Positions 37,724 through 47,562 of a DNA stretch of 64,000 nucleotides are shown piece by piece (positions within the stretch are counted from its first letter, which is position 1; every line of letters starts with the position of its first letter). A program made the translations under genes and the position numbers. The notes below the pieces were generated by a model. It was not told where the DNA came from, did not search any database, and saw only the letters and a list, made by a program, of their open reading frames with translations. Source of the stretch: Nitrosopumilus sp. (GTDB lineage: Archaea > Thermoproteota > Nitrososphaeria > Nitrososphaerales > Nitrosopumilaceae); NCBI GenBank assembly GCA_963667665.2, contig OY763927.2, forward strand, positions 1,632,001 through 1,696,000, written 5' to 3'.

Positions 37724-39111
37724 TCATTTTTTCATTTTTTTAAGAATTTCTTTATGTCTTATATCCCATCTTAATGCTTCAGTTTTATTTCCTGATTTGA
37801 AATATGACACTTTTATCAATCGGATTGTATCTAGTTCCTCTGGGTTTTGATTTAATATGGATAAACAATCTTTTATCACTTCATTCATCTTATCCAATTT
37901 AAAAAATGAAAGTGCTCTATTGTAAATTGCATCAATATACTTTGGATCAATAGATATTGCTTCATTAAATAATGGTATTGCTGCAAGATCATCTCCTTTA
38001 ATTGCTATTGCGGAACCCTTAAGATTCAAAGCCTGTTCGTTATCTGGTTTTATCACTAAACATTCATTAAAACATGAAATGGCATCATCAAATTTTTTTA
38101 ATCTCATTAACATTGCACCTTTATTGAATAACGTATCTACATTGCCAGGATCTATTCTCAAAATTCTATCAAAACAAGATAATCCATAATCAAATTTTTC
38201 TTGAATATTCAAAACTGCCCCTTTTCCAGTTAATGCAATTATTTCATTAGGGTTAATCTTTAAAGCTTGATCATAACATGAAATGGCATCATCAAATTTT
38301 CCATTTGCATTAATTATATTTCCTTTTTCTTTCTCTATCATGCCCAAATTCATAAAACATTTTCCTTTATTTGCAAGTGCTATTTCATCATAAGATTGTT
38401 TTTCTAATACTGTTTTGATTATCTCTAATGCTTTTTTAAATTGTTTTAAATCAATAAGTGAAGCAGCTTTGTTAACAACGGCATCAGTTAGATTACTATC
38501 TAAGGACACTGCCTTATCATAATATTCTAGTGATTCCTTATGTCTTCCAGTTTTTGCTAGACAAATTCCTTTGTTACTCCATGCTATTGCATTAGTTGGT
38601 TCAATTTCAATAATTTTCTCAAAATATGGTAAAGCTTTATGATATTTGTTTAGATGCATCAAACTTGCTCCCGCGTTAATCAACGAAGGAACATGTTCTG
38701 GATCATCTTTAATCACTGAATCATAGTATTTTCTTGCACTTTCCCATTTTTCTGAATGAAAAAATATTGTTGCCGACTGGAGATTTGTTGATTTTGTATT
38801 TAATTGTCTATTTCTTACAAAAATTATTGCTGAAAATATTATAGAAATTGCTAATGCTCCAATGGCAATTTCTATACCTAGAAGAGATAATTTGTTGGAA
38901 CTTGTTGTATGGTTTCCAAGCGTGGTGAATAGGCTGTTATGTTTATCCTCAGAATCCTTTTGATTCTGTTCTATTATTCCAAATATCTCTAAATGTTTAT
39001 CCTCAGAATCCTTTTGATGTTCTTCTATGTATTCTGAAATTGTATTATTTGTTCCATATGCAGGTAAAATTCCTAAAATAATTAATTCTTTTATATTTTT
39101 TTATAAAACAT
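37724..39111 (-). pseudogene. Membrane-anchored TPR protein with 5' frameshift (open frame 37724..39100)
   Basis: Frame stays open ~128 codons upstream of the GTG at 38716, including a TM helix; ATG at 39111 is one base out of frame across a T7 run (39096..39102). Confidence 0.7.
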
Positions 39112-39187
39112 CTGCTATTTCTTCTTGTTTATACCAACAATATTGTTCATCTAAATAATTTTATACAGAGAATTATAATAGTTTTTG

Positions 39188-39772
39188 ATGTTTACAGGAA
39201 TCATTAAAGGTATTGGTAAAGTAGAAAAAATTTCTAAAAATACAAAAAATAGAAGTGCTATTCAAATGACTATAAATCTAGGAAAACATGTTAAGGGATT
39301 AAAAATTGGACAAAGTGTTGCTCTTAATGGCGTTTGTCTTACTGCAACAAAACTATCAAAATCTAATTGTATTTTTGAAATGATTGAAGAAACTACAAAA
39401 AAAACAGATCTTGGAAATCTCAAAGTTGGTGGAATTGTAAACATTGAACGTAGCTTAAAAGCAGGTGATAGATTAGAAGGGCATTTTGTTTTAGGTCATG
39501 TTGATGGAGTAGGAGTTATTAGAAAAATTCTAAAAAAACCTAAAGAAGTTCAAATTTGGTTTGAAGTTCCCAAAAAACTATCAAAATATGTAGTGAAAAA
39601 AGGTTCTATCGCTGTAGATGGAATTAGTTTAACGGTTGTTGATATCAAAAATACTCTTGCATCTGTATCATTAATTCCTCACACCATTGAAGTTACAAAT
39701 TTTAAAACCAAAAAAGTTGGCGATAAAGTTAATATTGAAACTGATATTCTTGGGAAATACATTCTAAAATAA
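39188..39772 (+). CDS. ribE: Riboflavin synthase (bacterial-type alpha chain)
   Basis: MFTGII, SVALNGVCLT, GHFVLGHVDG, KGSIAVDGISLTV. Confidence 0.96.
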   Translation: MFTGIIKGIGKVEKISKNTKNRSAIQMTINLGKHVKGLKIGQSVALNGVCLTATKLSKSNCIFEMIEETTKKTDLGNLKVGGIVNIERSLKAGDRLEGHFVLGHVDGVGVIRKILKKPKEVQIWFEVPKKLSKYVVKKGSIAVDGISLTVVDIKNTLASVSLIPHTIEVTNFKTKKVGDKVNIETDILGKYILK

Positions 39773-39850
39773 AGCCAATTATCTACAATTTTAGTGGTAA
39801 TTACCACTTTTTTAGTAAACTTTATAATTAGATTTAAGGAATTTTTGTAT

Positions 39851-40516
39851 ATGTATCTTGAATCTGCACTAGAATCTCTAAAACGTGGAGAATTTGTTCT
39901 ATTGTTTGATTCAGCTGGAAGAGAAAATGAGATTGATATGGTAGTAGCTGCAGAATTTGTTACACCGGAACATGTTGCAAGAATGCGTCAAAATGCTGGT
40001 GGATTGTTATGTATTGCATTAGATCATAATTTTGCAACATCTCTTGAATTAAGATATATGCATGAAATTCTTTTTGATTCTCCAATGTCAAACAAGGAGA
40101 TGATTATGGGTTTGGCACCTTATGGTGATCATCCAACTTTTTCTTTGTCAGTAAATCATTATCAAACTTATACTGGAATTACTGATAAAGACAGAGCATT
40201 AACAATTCAAGAGATGGCAAAGATCTTTAATGTTGAAAACAAACAGAAAAAATTTGCATCATCTTTTAAAACTCCAGGTCATGTTCCTTTACTAATAGCA
40301 TCTAAAGGGTTGTTAGCTGCACGTCAAGGACATACTGAAATGTCTGTTTATTTAACCAAAATTGCAGAACTGACTCCAGTTACTGCTATTTGTGAAATGA
40401 TGGATGCTGAAACATATAATGCACTATCAGTAGATAAAGCTGAAAAATTTGCAAAGCAAAATGGGATTCCATTAGTTGATGGAAAAGAACTTTTAGAATA
40501 CGCTAAGGTGAATTAG
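39851..40516 (+). CDS. ribB: 3,4-dihydroxy-2-butanone-4-phosphate synthase
   Basis: GRENEID, TGITDKDRALT, PGHV, RQGHTE, CEMMD. Confidence 0.96.
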   Translation: MYLESALESLKRGEFVLLFDSAGRENEIDMVVAAEFVTPEHVARMRQNAGGLLCIALDHNFATSLELRYMHEILFDSPMSNKEMIMGLAPYGDHPTFSLSVNHYQTYTGITDKDRALTIQEMAKIFNVENKQKKFASSFKTPGHVPLLIASKGLLAARQGHTEMSVYLTKIAELTPVTAICEMMDAETYNALSVDKAEKFAKQNGIPLVDGKELLEYAKVN

Positions 40517-40518
40517 TT

Positions 40519-40935
40519 TTGAATATTGCTATAGTAGTTTCGGAATTCAATGAAAAAGTAACGTCTAGGATGCTTTCAGTAGCTCAAGAAAAAGCAAACT
40601 TGATGAAATTAAAAATAGTCTATACATGTAAGGTTCCTGGTGCTTTTGACATTCCCATTATTGTAGATGCATTATTGAAGAAAAAAGATGTTGATGGTAT
40701 AGTCACTTTAGGCACAATAATTACAGGCCAAACAAAGCATGATGAGGTGATTTCTCATGCTACTGCAAGATCCATTTCTGAGTTGTCCATAAAATACCAA
40801 AAACCTGTTTCTTTAGGAATATCAGGTCCTATGATGCATGAAAGACATGCTTATGCTAGAATAAGACCTGTTGCAGAACATGCAGTTGAATCTGTTGTGA
40901 AAATCTCTAAAGAACTGCAGAGAATTCAAAAATGA
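40519..40935 (+). CDS. ribH: 6,7-dimethyl-8-ribityllumazine synthase
   Basis: IVVSEFN, VPGAFDIP, GQTKHDEVI, PVSLGISGP. Confidence 0.95.
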   Translation: MNIAIVVSEFNEKVTSRMLSVAQEKANLMKLKIVYTCKVPGAFDIPIIVDALLKKKDVDGIVTLGTIITGQTKHDEVISHATARSISELSIKYQKPVSLGISGPMMHERHAYARIRPVAEHAVESVVKISKELQRIQK

Positions 40936-41684
40936 TTCAACTTAGTATCTTGAAAATTAGTGGATATGGTCCTTGGACACTAACATTAGGAAGTGATAGA
41001 GAACATGAACTCCAAATGCTTCAAGCATCGCTTTACAAAGAAATACAGAAACTATTTTCTGAAAAAAATTGTCTCGTTTTTCTTAATCGAGCAGATGAAT
41101 TTTTTGTAGTTTCAAATGGACTTGAGTTAGATGATCATATTCAAATCCAAAAATCACTCAAAAAATTATTTGATGTGCGTTTAACAGTTTCAATTGGTTT
41201 TGGTGAATCTCCATTTGAAGCAAACCTGAAAGCTCATGATGGAAAGAGAAATGAAATCATATTAAATAAAGAACATAATATTTTTGGTTTTGTTAATGGT
41301 AAATCTGATTCAAAAGTCTCAATCATGCATTTAGATGTAGATAATCTTACTTCAAAAGGACAAACTAATTCCCCTTATGAAATTTCATCAATAATTTTTA
41401 CGTTATATTCAAAAATGTCAAAATTTTTTCTGCAAAAAGATTCTCTTACCTTTTTTATGGGCGGAGATAACTTTATGGTAATTGCAAGTGATGATGCAAA
41501 AAAATCTGTACAGAATTTTATTGATATAATTAAAAGTGATGACAAAATTTCCTTGAATTGTGGAATTGGTAATGGATATACTGCAAGAGAAGCTGTCAAA
41601 CTAGCCACAAAATCTCTTGATACTATACGAGAAATTCGAGATTCAGGGAAAGAGAAACCTGAAGTTTATGAATTATCATGTTAA
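40932..41684 (+). CDS. gch3: GTP cyclohydrolase III
   Basis: GYGPWTLTLGSDREHELQMLQA, FMGGDNFM. Confidence 0.95.
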   Translation: MIQLSILKISGYGPWTLTLGSDREHELQMLQASLYKEIQKLFSEKNCLVFLNRADEFFVVSNGLELDDHIQIQKSLKKLFDVRLTVSIGFGESPFEANLKAHDGKRNEIILNKEHNIFGFVNGKSDSKVSIMHLDVDNLTSKGQTNSPYEISSIIFTLYSKMSKFFLQKDSLTFFMGGDNFMVIASDDAKKSVQNFIDIIKSDDKISLNCGIGNGYTAREAVKLATKSLDTIREIRDSGKEKPEVYELSC

Positions 41685-42868
41685 TTAAAAATCTAAGTGT
41701 ATTATTAGGTCAAGAGTTAGATTTTGTTTCAAATACTAATATCCAAATTCAGAATAAAATATTTAAAAAAATTCAACCAAAAATTAAATCAAGCGTTAAA
41801 GAAGAATCCATAGATTGTGAAGGTCTTTTATTAATTCCAGGATTTATCAATGCTCATACTCACATAGGAGATTCCATTGGAAAAGATGTTACACTAAATA
41901 GTTCTGTTGATAAAAGAATTCATCCTGTATTTGGGGCAAAATCAAAAATATTGAAAAATACTTCTGAAGAAAATCTTGCTAATTTTATGAAAAACACATG
42001 TCATTCAATGATTAGAAAAGGGATCACTACATTTGTTGATTTTAGAGAAGGTGGATTAGATGGTGTGATTTTACTCAAAAAAGTATTATCTGATATTCCT
42101 TTGCGTTCAATTATTCTAGGTCGAGTGGAATTTTATCAAAAAATATCTGAAATCAGAAAAAATCTACCTTTCCCTAGAGAAAAGAATGGAGATCTGAGTA
42201 CCCTTCTCAAAAAATGTGATGGAATTGGTATAAGTGGTGCAAATGAAAATAGTACATCAGTACTAAATCATTATTCTAAAACGACAAAACTTAGAGTCAT
42301 ACATTCTTCTGAAACTGAACAAAGTGTTTCTACATCAAAGAAAATTACTGGAAAATCTGAAACAATTCGGGCTTTATCTCTAAAACCTCATTTTTTAGTT
42401 CACATGACTTTTGCATCAAAAAGTGATCTTTGTACTGTAGCAAAGAAAACTAGAGGGATTGTAATCTGTCCACGAGCAAATTCGTCCCTGGCAGAAGGAA
42501 TCCCAGATATAGAATTGATGCACAAGGCAGGATGTACTTTAGCTTTAGGTACAGATAATGTGATGATAAATTCTCCTGATATGTTTAGAGAAATGGATTT
42601 TCTTTGGAAAGTAACTATGGGAATTCACAAAAAAAGAATCGATCCTAAAGAAATTCTTAAAATGGCTACTGTAAACGGAGGAAAACTTTTGAAAAAAGAT
42701 ATTGGAGTAATTGAAACTGGAAAAATTGCTGATTGTATTTTTCTTGACAAGCATGCATTGGATTTAGAACCAATGCATAATCCTTATGCGTCAATAGTTC
42801 AACGAGCATCAGAATCTACAATTAAAGCAGTAATGATTGGAGGTAAAATAGTATATGGAAAAATCTAG
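41678..42868 (+). CDS. Metal-dependent amidohydrolase/deaminase in the riboflavin operon
   Basis: PGFINAHTHIGD, DFREGG, IHSSE, LVHMT, LGTDN; overlaps both neighbours. Confidence 0.9.
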   Translation: MLIKNLSVLLGQELDFVSNTNIQIQNKIFKKIQPKIKSSVKEESIDCEGLLLIPGFINAHTHIGDSIGKDVTLNSSVDKRIHPVFGAKSKILKNTSEENLANFMKNTCHSMIRKGITTFVDFREGGLDGVILLKKVLSDIPLRSIILGRVEFYQKISEIRKNLPFPREKNGDLSTLLKKCDGIGISGANENSTSVLNHYSKTTKLRVIHSSETEQSVSTSKKITGKSETIRALSLKPHFLVHMTFASKSDLCTVAKKTRGIVICPRANSSLAEGIPDIELMHKAGCTLALGTDNVMINSPDMFREMDFLWKVTMGIHKKRIDPKEILKMATVNGGKLLKKDIGVIETGKIADCIFLDKHALDLEPMHNPYASIVQRASESTIKAVMIGGKIVYGKI

Positions 42869-43511
42869 ACCTTATGTAATTCTAAGTGCCGCAACATCAA
42901 TTGATGGAAAAATTGCAACTAGGACAGGTGATTCAAAACTATCTTCAAAACAAGATAGTGTAAGAGTTCATAAACTAAGATCTAAAGTAGATGCAATTCT
43001 TGTTGGAAAAAATACAGTTTTACAAGATAATCCTTTGTTAACTGTACGACATACTAGAGGAAGAAATCCAATTAGAATAGTTTTAGATTCTAAAGGTACT
43101 ATCTCTAAAAAATCACAAATTCTACAAACAAGTAATAAGATTCCAACCATCATAGCTGTATCAAAAAATATCACTAAATCAAATTTTGATAAACTAAAAA
43201 AATTTCCTGTAGAAGTAATTATTACTGGAGAAAATTCTGTAAATATTAAATTATTATTGAAAAAACTTTCAGATAAAAAAATTAAAACAATACTTGTTGA
43301 AGGTGGTGGAACAGTTAACTGGGAATTTATTAAACAAAGTCTTTTTGATGAATTGATTATTACAATATCTCCATTTTTAATTGGAGGAAATGATGCAATT
43401 TCTTTTGTTCATGGACGGGGTTTTAAAAAAATTTCAAATTCACCTAATCTACGTCTCAAGTTAATCAAGAGGCTCAAAAATCATCTTGTATTAAATTATG
43501 TTAAGGTCTAA
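42855..43511 (+). CDS. arfC: 2,5-diamino-6-(ribosylamino)-4(3H)-pyrimidinone 5'-phosphate reductase
   Basis: SIDGKIA, DAILVGKNTV.QDNPLLT, LVEGGG; RibD C-terminal domain only. Confidence 0.92.
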   Translation: MEKSRPYVILSAATSIDGKIATRTGDSKLSSKQDSVRVHKLRSKVDAILVGKNTVLQDNPLLTVRHTRGRNPIRIVLDSKGTISKKSQILQTSNKIPTIIAVSKNITKSNFDKLKKFPVEVIITGENSVNIKLLLKKLSDKKIKTILVEGGGTVNWEFIKQSLFDELIITISPFLIGGNDAISFVHGRGFKKISNSPNLRLKLIKRLKNHLVLNYVKV

Positions 43512-43546
43512 GTTATATACCTAATTTGAAATAAAATTACAAGAAA

Positions 43547-43780
43547 TTGGCAGTAAAAAAGAAAGCTACAAAAAAGAAAGCTACAACAAAAAGAAAAACT
43601 ACAAAAAAGAAAGCTACTAAATCAAAAACAAAAAAATTACCATTTGGTGGATATGCAATTAATTTTGCAGGTCGTAAAGAAACTGTAGAGCAAGTTTTTG
43701 GAAATAAACCAATTGCACCAAATGAAATGACCAAAAGAATTTGGAAATTTGTAAAAGCAAAAAGCCTTTCTAATCGTTAA
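43547..43780 (+). CDS. Lys-rich tail + SWIB/MDM2-like small protein
   Basis: KKATKKK repeats then FGNKPIAPNEMTKRIWKFVKAKSL. Confidence 0.75.
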   Translation: MAVKKKATKKKATTKRKTTKKKATKSKTKKLPFGGYAINFAGRKETVEQVFGNKPIAPNEMTKRIWKFVKAKSLSNR

Positions 43781-43878
43781 ACCCACTTGTTAACGAAAAA
43801 TCGTTAACTAATTTCTATCTTTTAATTATTTTTCTTTAAATCGATTAGATAATTCTCTAATTTTCAATTGTAAAAAAT

Positions 43879-45270
43879 CTATTCTACGTAGTGATGATGT
43901 GTAAGATTATCATAAAATCTCACTGATTTTATGTTTACAAATTCTAACATTCCATATCTTGATAATTCTCTTCCAAATCCACTATGTTTTATTCCTCCAA
44001 AAGGAATTCTAGGATCTGAAATTACTACATTGTTAACACTAACAATTCCTGATTCAATTCGTCTAGACATTTTATCTGCTTTTGCAAGATCTTTCGTCCA
44101 AATACTTGCACCCAAACCGAATTCAATATTATTAGCTAATTTGATTGCCTCACTTTCATTTTCCACAATTGTAATTGGTGCAACTGGTCCAAATGTTTCT
44201 TCATTTGCAATTCTCATATCTGGTTTTACATTTGTGAGAATTGTTGGATTATAGAAGAATCCTTTACCATCAATCTCAGAACCTCCCAAAAGAATTTCAG
44301 CACCTTTTTCTTTTGCATCTTCTACAATTCCAGAAATTGTTTCTAGTCCATCCTTACTTGAAATTGGTCCAATATCAGTTTCCATAGACATTGGGTCTCC
44401 AATTTTAAGCTGAGATGCTTTTTTAATAAATAATTCAATGAACTCTTTTGCAATATTTTTTCCAACAAAGAATCTTTTTGAGGCTACACAACTTTGACCA
44501 CAGTTGATGAATCTACCTTTTACTGCTCCTTCTGCTGCTTTTTCAATAATTGCATCATCTAATACTATGAAAGGATCACTTCCGCCTAATTCTAAAACAC
44601 ATTTTTTTAAATGCGTTGCAGCTCTTTCAGCTACTTTTGCTCCCGCACTTGTACTTCCAGTAAAGGTTACACCATTTACATCAGAATCAATTAGATGGTT
44701 TGCTGCATCTACGCTTCCTACCACTGTCTGAAAAATCCCATCTGGTACGCCTGATTCAGTAAATGCTTTTTCAATTTCAATTCCTGATTGCATAGTTACT
44801 CTGGATGGTTTCATAACAATTACATTTCCTCCCATTAAACATGGTGCAGCAAATCTTAATGCCTGCCAATAAGGAAAATTCCAAGGCATAATAGAACCAA
44901 TTACCCCTAATGGTTCAAAAGTTAGAAAACTCTTTCTTGCATCTGTGTTTAATACTTCATCAGAAAGAAAACTATCACCATGATCAGCATAAAATTCTAA
45001 TGCCCAAGCACATTTTTCAACTTCTCCAATTGATTCTTTGATTGGTTTTCCCATTTCAGTTGTTGCAACTTTTGCAAGTCTTGTTTTGTTTTTCTTCAGG
45101 TATTCTACTAAATTGTAAATATAACTTCTACGTTTTTCATAATCTTTTTTCCATTCTGGAAAAGCTCTTCTAGCTTTTCCTACTAAATCAAATACTTGAT
45201 TTTTATCCATTGTTGAAAATGTTGTAATTTCTTCATTAGTAGCTGGATTGACTGTTGTTATTTGAGCCAA
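43879..45270 (-). CDS. NAD(P)-dependent aldehyde dehydrogenase (succinate-semialdehyde dehydrogenase-like)
   Basis: IMPWNFP, FTGS, LELGGSD, GQSC, EETFGP, PFGGIKHSGFGRE. Confidence 0.95.
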   Translation of the reverse strand: MAQITTVNPATNEEITTFSTMDKNQVFDLVGKARRAFPEWKKDYEKRRSYIYNLVEYLKKNKTRLAKVATTEMGKPIKESIGEVEKCAWALEFYADHGDSFLSDEVLNTDARKSFLTFEPLGVIGSIMPWNFPYWQALRFAAPCLMGGNVIVMKPSRVTMQSGIEIEKAFTESGVPDGIFQTVVGSVDAANHLIDSDVNGVTFTGSTSAGAKVAERAATHLKKCVLELGGSDPFIVLDDAIIEKAAEGAVKGRFINCGQSCVASKRFFVGKNIAKEFIELFIKKASQLKIGDPMSMETDIGPISSKDGLETISGIVEDAKEKGAEILLGGSEIDGKGFFYNPTILTNVKPDMRIANEETFGPVAPITIVENESEAIKLANNIEFGLGASIWTKDLAKADKMSRRIESGIVSVNNVVISDPRIPFGGIKHSGFGRELSRYGMLEFVNIKSVRFYDNLTHHHYVE

Positions 45271-45323
45271 GGCTATTTTACAAATTTACCCTATATTTAA
45301 TCTAGTATTATTTTAAAATCTAA

Positions 45324-45839
45324 TTAGAATATTTGCTGCATATCTTTTTTAATTACATCAATTTTCCTTGAATATGCTTTTTTAGATTTATCATTCTTTT
45401 TTAGATTTAGAACATTTCCACATGATGGACATTTGAACATACCGTCAAGTGCTGCCTCAAAGGTTATTCTTGAACAATCTTCATTTCCACAATGATAAAA
45501 GTCAGAAGCATTTTCATAATCAAATCTTTGTTGCAATCTTTCTGTAATTTTCTTTTTTTGATTTTCAATAAAATGTTCAACTTCTTCTCTTCTAGTTCTC
45601 CATCTGTAGACAAACCACCCTTTTCTCTCGTCTTTTACTCTGATTCCAGTAATGAGTGATTTTCCAAATAGATCATACAATACTTTTCTTACCATGTTAA
45701 TTCTAAGACCTGTAGAACTCGCAATTTCTTCATCAGTTGCATCTTCAGCTTTTAGGAGTGATCTTGCTACTTTGAGGTATTCATCTCCGCCAATCATTGA
45801 AGCAATTCTTACAAAAGGATCTTCGTATTTGTCTACCAA
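45324..45839 (-). CDS. tfe: Transcription factor E alpha
   Basis: TDEEIA..LRINMVRKVLYDL wHTH; FYHC..C..FKCPSCG. Confidence 0.93.
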   Translation of the reverse strand: MVDKYEDPFVRIASMIGGDEYLKVARSLLKAEDATDEEIASSTGLRINMVRKVLYDLFGKSLITGIRVKDERKGWFVYRWRTRREEVEHFIENQKKKITERLQQRFDYENASDFYHCGNEDCSRITFEAALDGMFKCPSCGNVLNLKKNDKSKKAYSRKIDVIKKDMQQIF

Positions 45840-45865
45840 CTCTAATCCATCCGAATTTTCTACTA

Positions 45866-46399
45866 TTAATCCCTTGTTTCTTTTACTTGCACATTTTTGC
45901 CCTTTTTTGTGGGTATGATCTTCCTTTTTGCATTTGGAAATGTTTTCTCAAATTGTTCACCTTTTTGGATACGATCTAAAAGTATTGCAAGTGCACTAAT
46001 CTCTGAGTGCGGTTGATTTCCAACTCCTATGTTATAATCTGCTAATTCATAAATTTCTCTTGGAACTTTTTCAGCCCCTACAACAACTAATAGATTTTCT
46101 TCTTTTCGAAGTTTCTCTTGCACATCATTAATGCTTTCTCCATACATAGTAAGATGCACAATTCTAAAATTTTCTTCTTTTTTCTTTTTTACAACTGATT
46201 TCCATTTATCAATAAATTCAACCACAAAATTTCCACCCCAAGTTTTATTGATCTTTTCTAGAGAATCTTTGATTTCAGGATTGACTTCAGTCATGAAAAT
46301 TCTCTTTGCTCCAAATGCCCTTGAAACTAGTGCTACATGAGTAGTAACTCTGTCGTCTCTTACAAGACGTTGTCCTATTCTAACTATCTCAATTACCAA
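45866..46399 (-). CDS. trm56: tRNA (cytidine56-2'-O)-methyltransferase
   Basis: [37 protein letters not shown]; TTG start at 46399. Confidence 0.95.
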   Translation of the reverse strand: MVIEIVRIGQRLVRDDRVTTHVALVSRAFGAKRIFMTEVNPEIKDSLEKINKTWGGNFVVEFIDKWKSVVKKKKEENFRIVHLTMYGESINDVQEKLRKEENLLVVVGAEKVPREIYELADYNIGVGNQPHSEISALAILLDRIQKGEQFEKTFPNAKRKIIPTKKGKNVQVKETRD

Positions 46400-47510
46400 A
46401 TTCTTTTTCAACTCCTTCCAAAATGTTTCTCTCAAATTTAGGTGAATTCTGATTTGTCATAATATCTTTGATCAATTCTTTAAGATGGTTAACATTCTCA
46501 CCTGTTTTTGCAGAAACTGAAATGCATTTTTTATTTTCAGTTAAATCAAGTATGTCGATTTTTCTCTCTATCTCTTCACTTTTTACCAAATCTGCTTTGT
46601 TTAACGCATAAATCATCTTATCTTTTTCAATATCTAACTCACTTAACGTTCTCATACAACTAGCAAATTTCTTTTTTAATTCAATTAATGAATCACTAAT
46701 ATCAATTACAACAATTATGATATCTGTATGTTTTAATTCTTCAAGTGTTGATTTGAATGCATCTATCATATATGCAGGTAATTTACTGATAAAACCAACT
46801 GTATCTGAGATTAAGAATGGCTCTCGATTAATTGTTACTCTTCGTATAGTTGTAGAAAGTGTTGTAAACAATTCTTTACTCTCAGTTTTTGTTTCTCCTG
46901 TCATTTTGTTAAACAAAGTTGTTTTTCCTGAAGAAGTATAACCTGCAAGTGAGATTATCTTGAATCCCATTCTTTTTCTTCCTTGTCTGTGAAGTTCTCT
47001 TTGTTTTCCTGCTTTTTCCAGTTTAGATCTTACTGTCTGCATTCTATGTTTGATGTCATTATAGTAAACATCAACCTCAAATTTTCCTATTCCCATAAAT
47101 CCTGGCTGCTCTCCCATGTTTGATAGACGAACTTTTTCTTTAGCTCTTGACATTTCATATCTTAATTGAGCTAATTTTACTTGTAATTTTGATTCTGCAC
47201 TTGATGTTCTGCTTTCAAAAATTTCAAGAATTAATGCTTCCCTATCTAAAATTTCTCTATGTAAAACAGATGCAATATTATAGTTTTGACTTGGTTTTAA
47301 AATCTCATCAAATACAATTACATCTGGTCTGAGTTTCTCTGTTAATTCTTCTAATTTTTCTAAAACTCCACCACTCATTCCATATTTTCGTTTTTGTAGA
47401 AATTTTGCAGTAATTGTATGAACTACTTGATATCCTGCAGCATCGCACAATCCTTTGGCTTCATTGATTGCATCTTCTTTATCATATGTGATTAAAATAA
47501 CTGACTTCAT
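46389..47510 (-). CDS. hflX: GTPase HflX
   Basis: [30 protein letters not shown]. Confidence 0.95.
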   Translation of the reverse strand: MKSVILITYDKEDAINEAKGLCDAAGYQVVHTITAKFLQKRKYGMSGGVLEKLEELTEKLRPDVIVFDEILKPSQNYNIASVLHREILDREALILEIFESRTSSAESKLQVKLAQLRYEMSRAKEKVRLSNMGEQPGFMGIGKFEVDVYYNDIKHRMQTVRSKLEKAGKQRELHRQGRKRMGFKIISLAGYTSSGKTTLFNKMTGETKTESKELFTTLSTTIRRVTINREPFLISDTVGFISKLPAYMIDAFKSTLEELKHTDIIIVVIDISDSLIELKKKFASCMRTLSELDIEKDKMIYALNKADLVKSEEIERKIDILDLTENKKCISVSAKTGENVNHLKELIKDIMTNQNSPKFERNILEGVEKEFGN

Positions 47511-47562
47511 TTTGGTTCGATTTTTTTAGTTTAATTCATGTTAAAGATTCTACCTGTTTTGA

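Larger units (their letters stand above)
34097..39167. mobile_element. Decaying integrative element (~5.07 kb) with tyrosine integrase
   Basis: Flanked by TCTAAATAATTATATACA (34097..34114) and TCTAAATAATTTTATACA (39150..39167), 17/18 identical; integrase at left end; core rib operon resumes right after. Confidence 0.78.
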
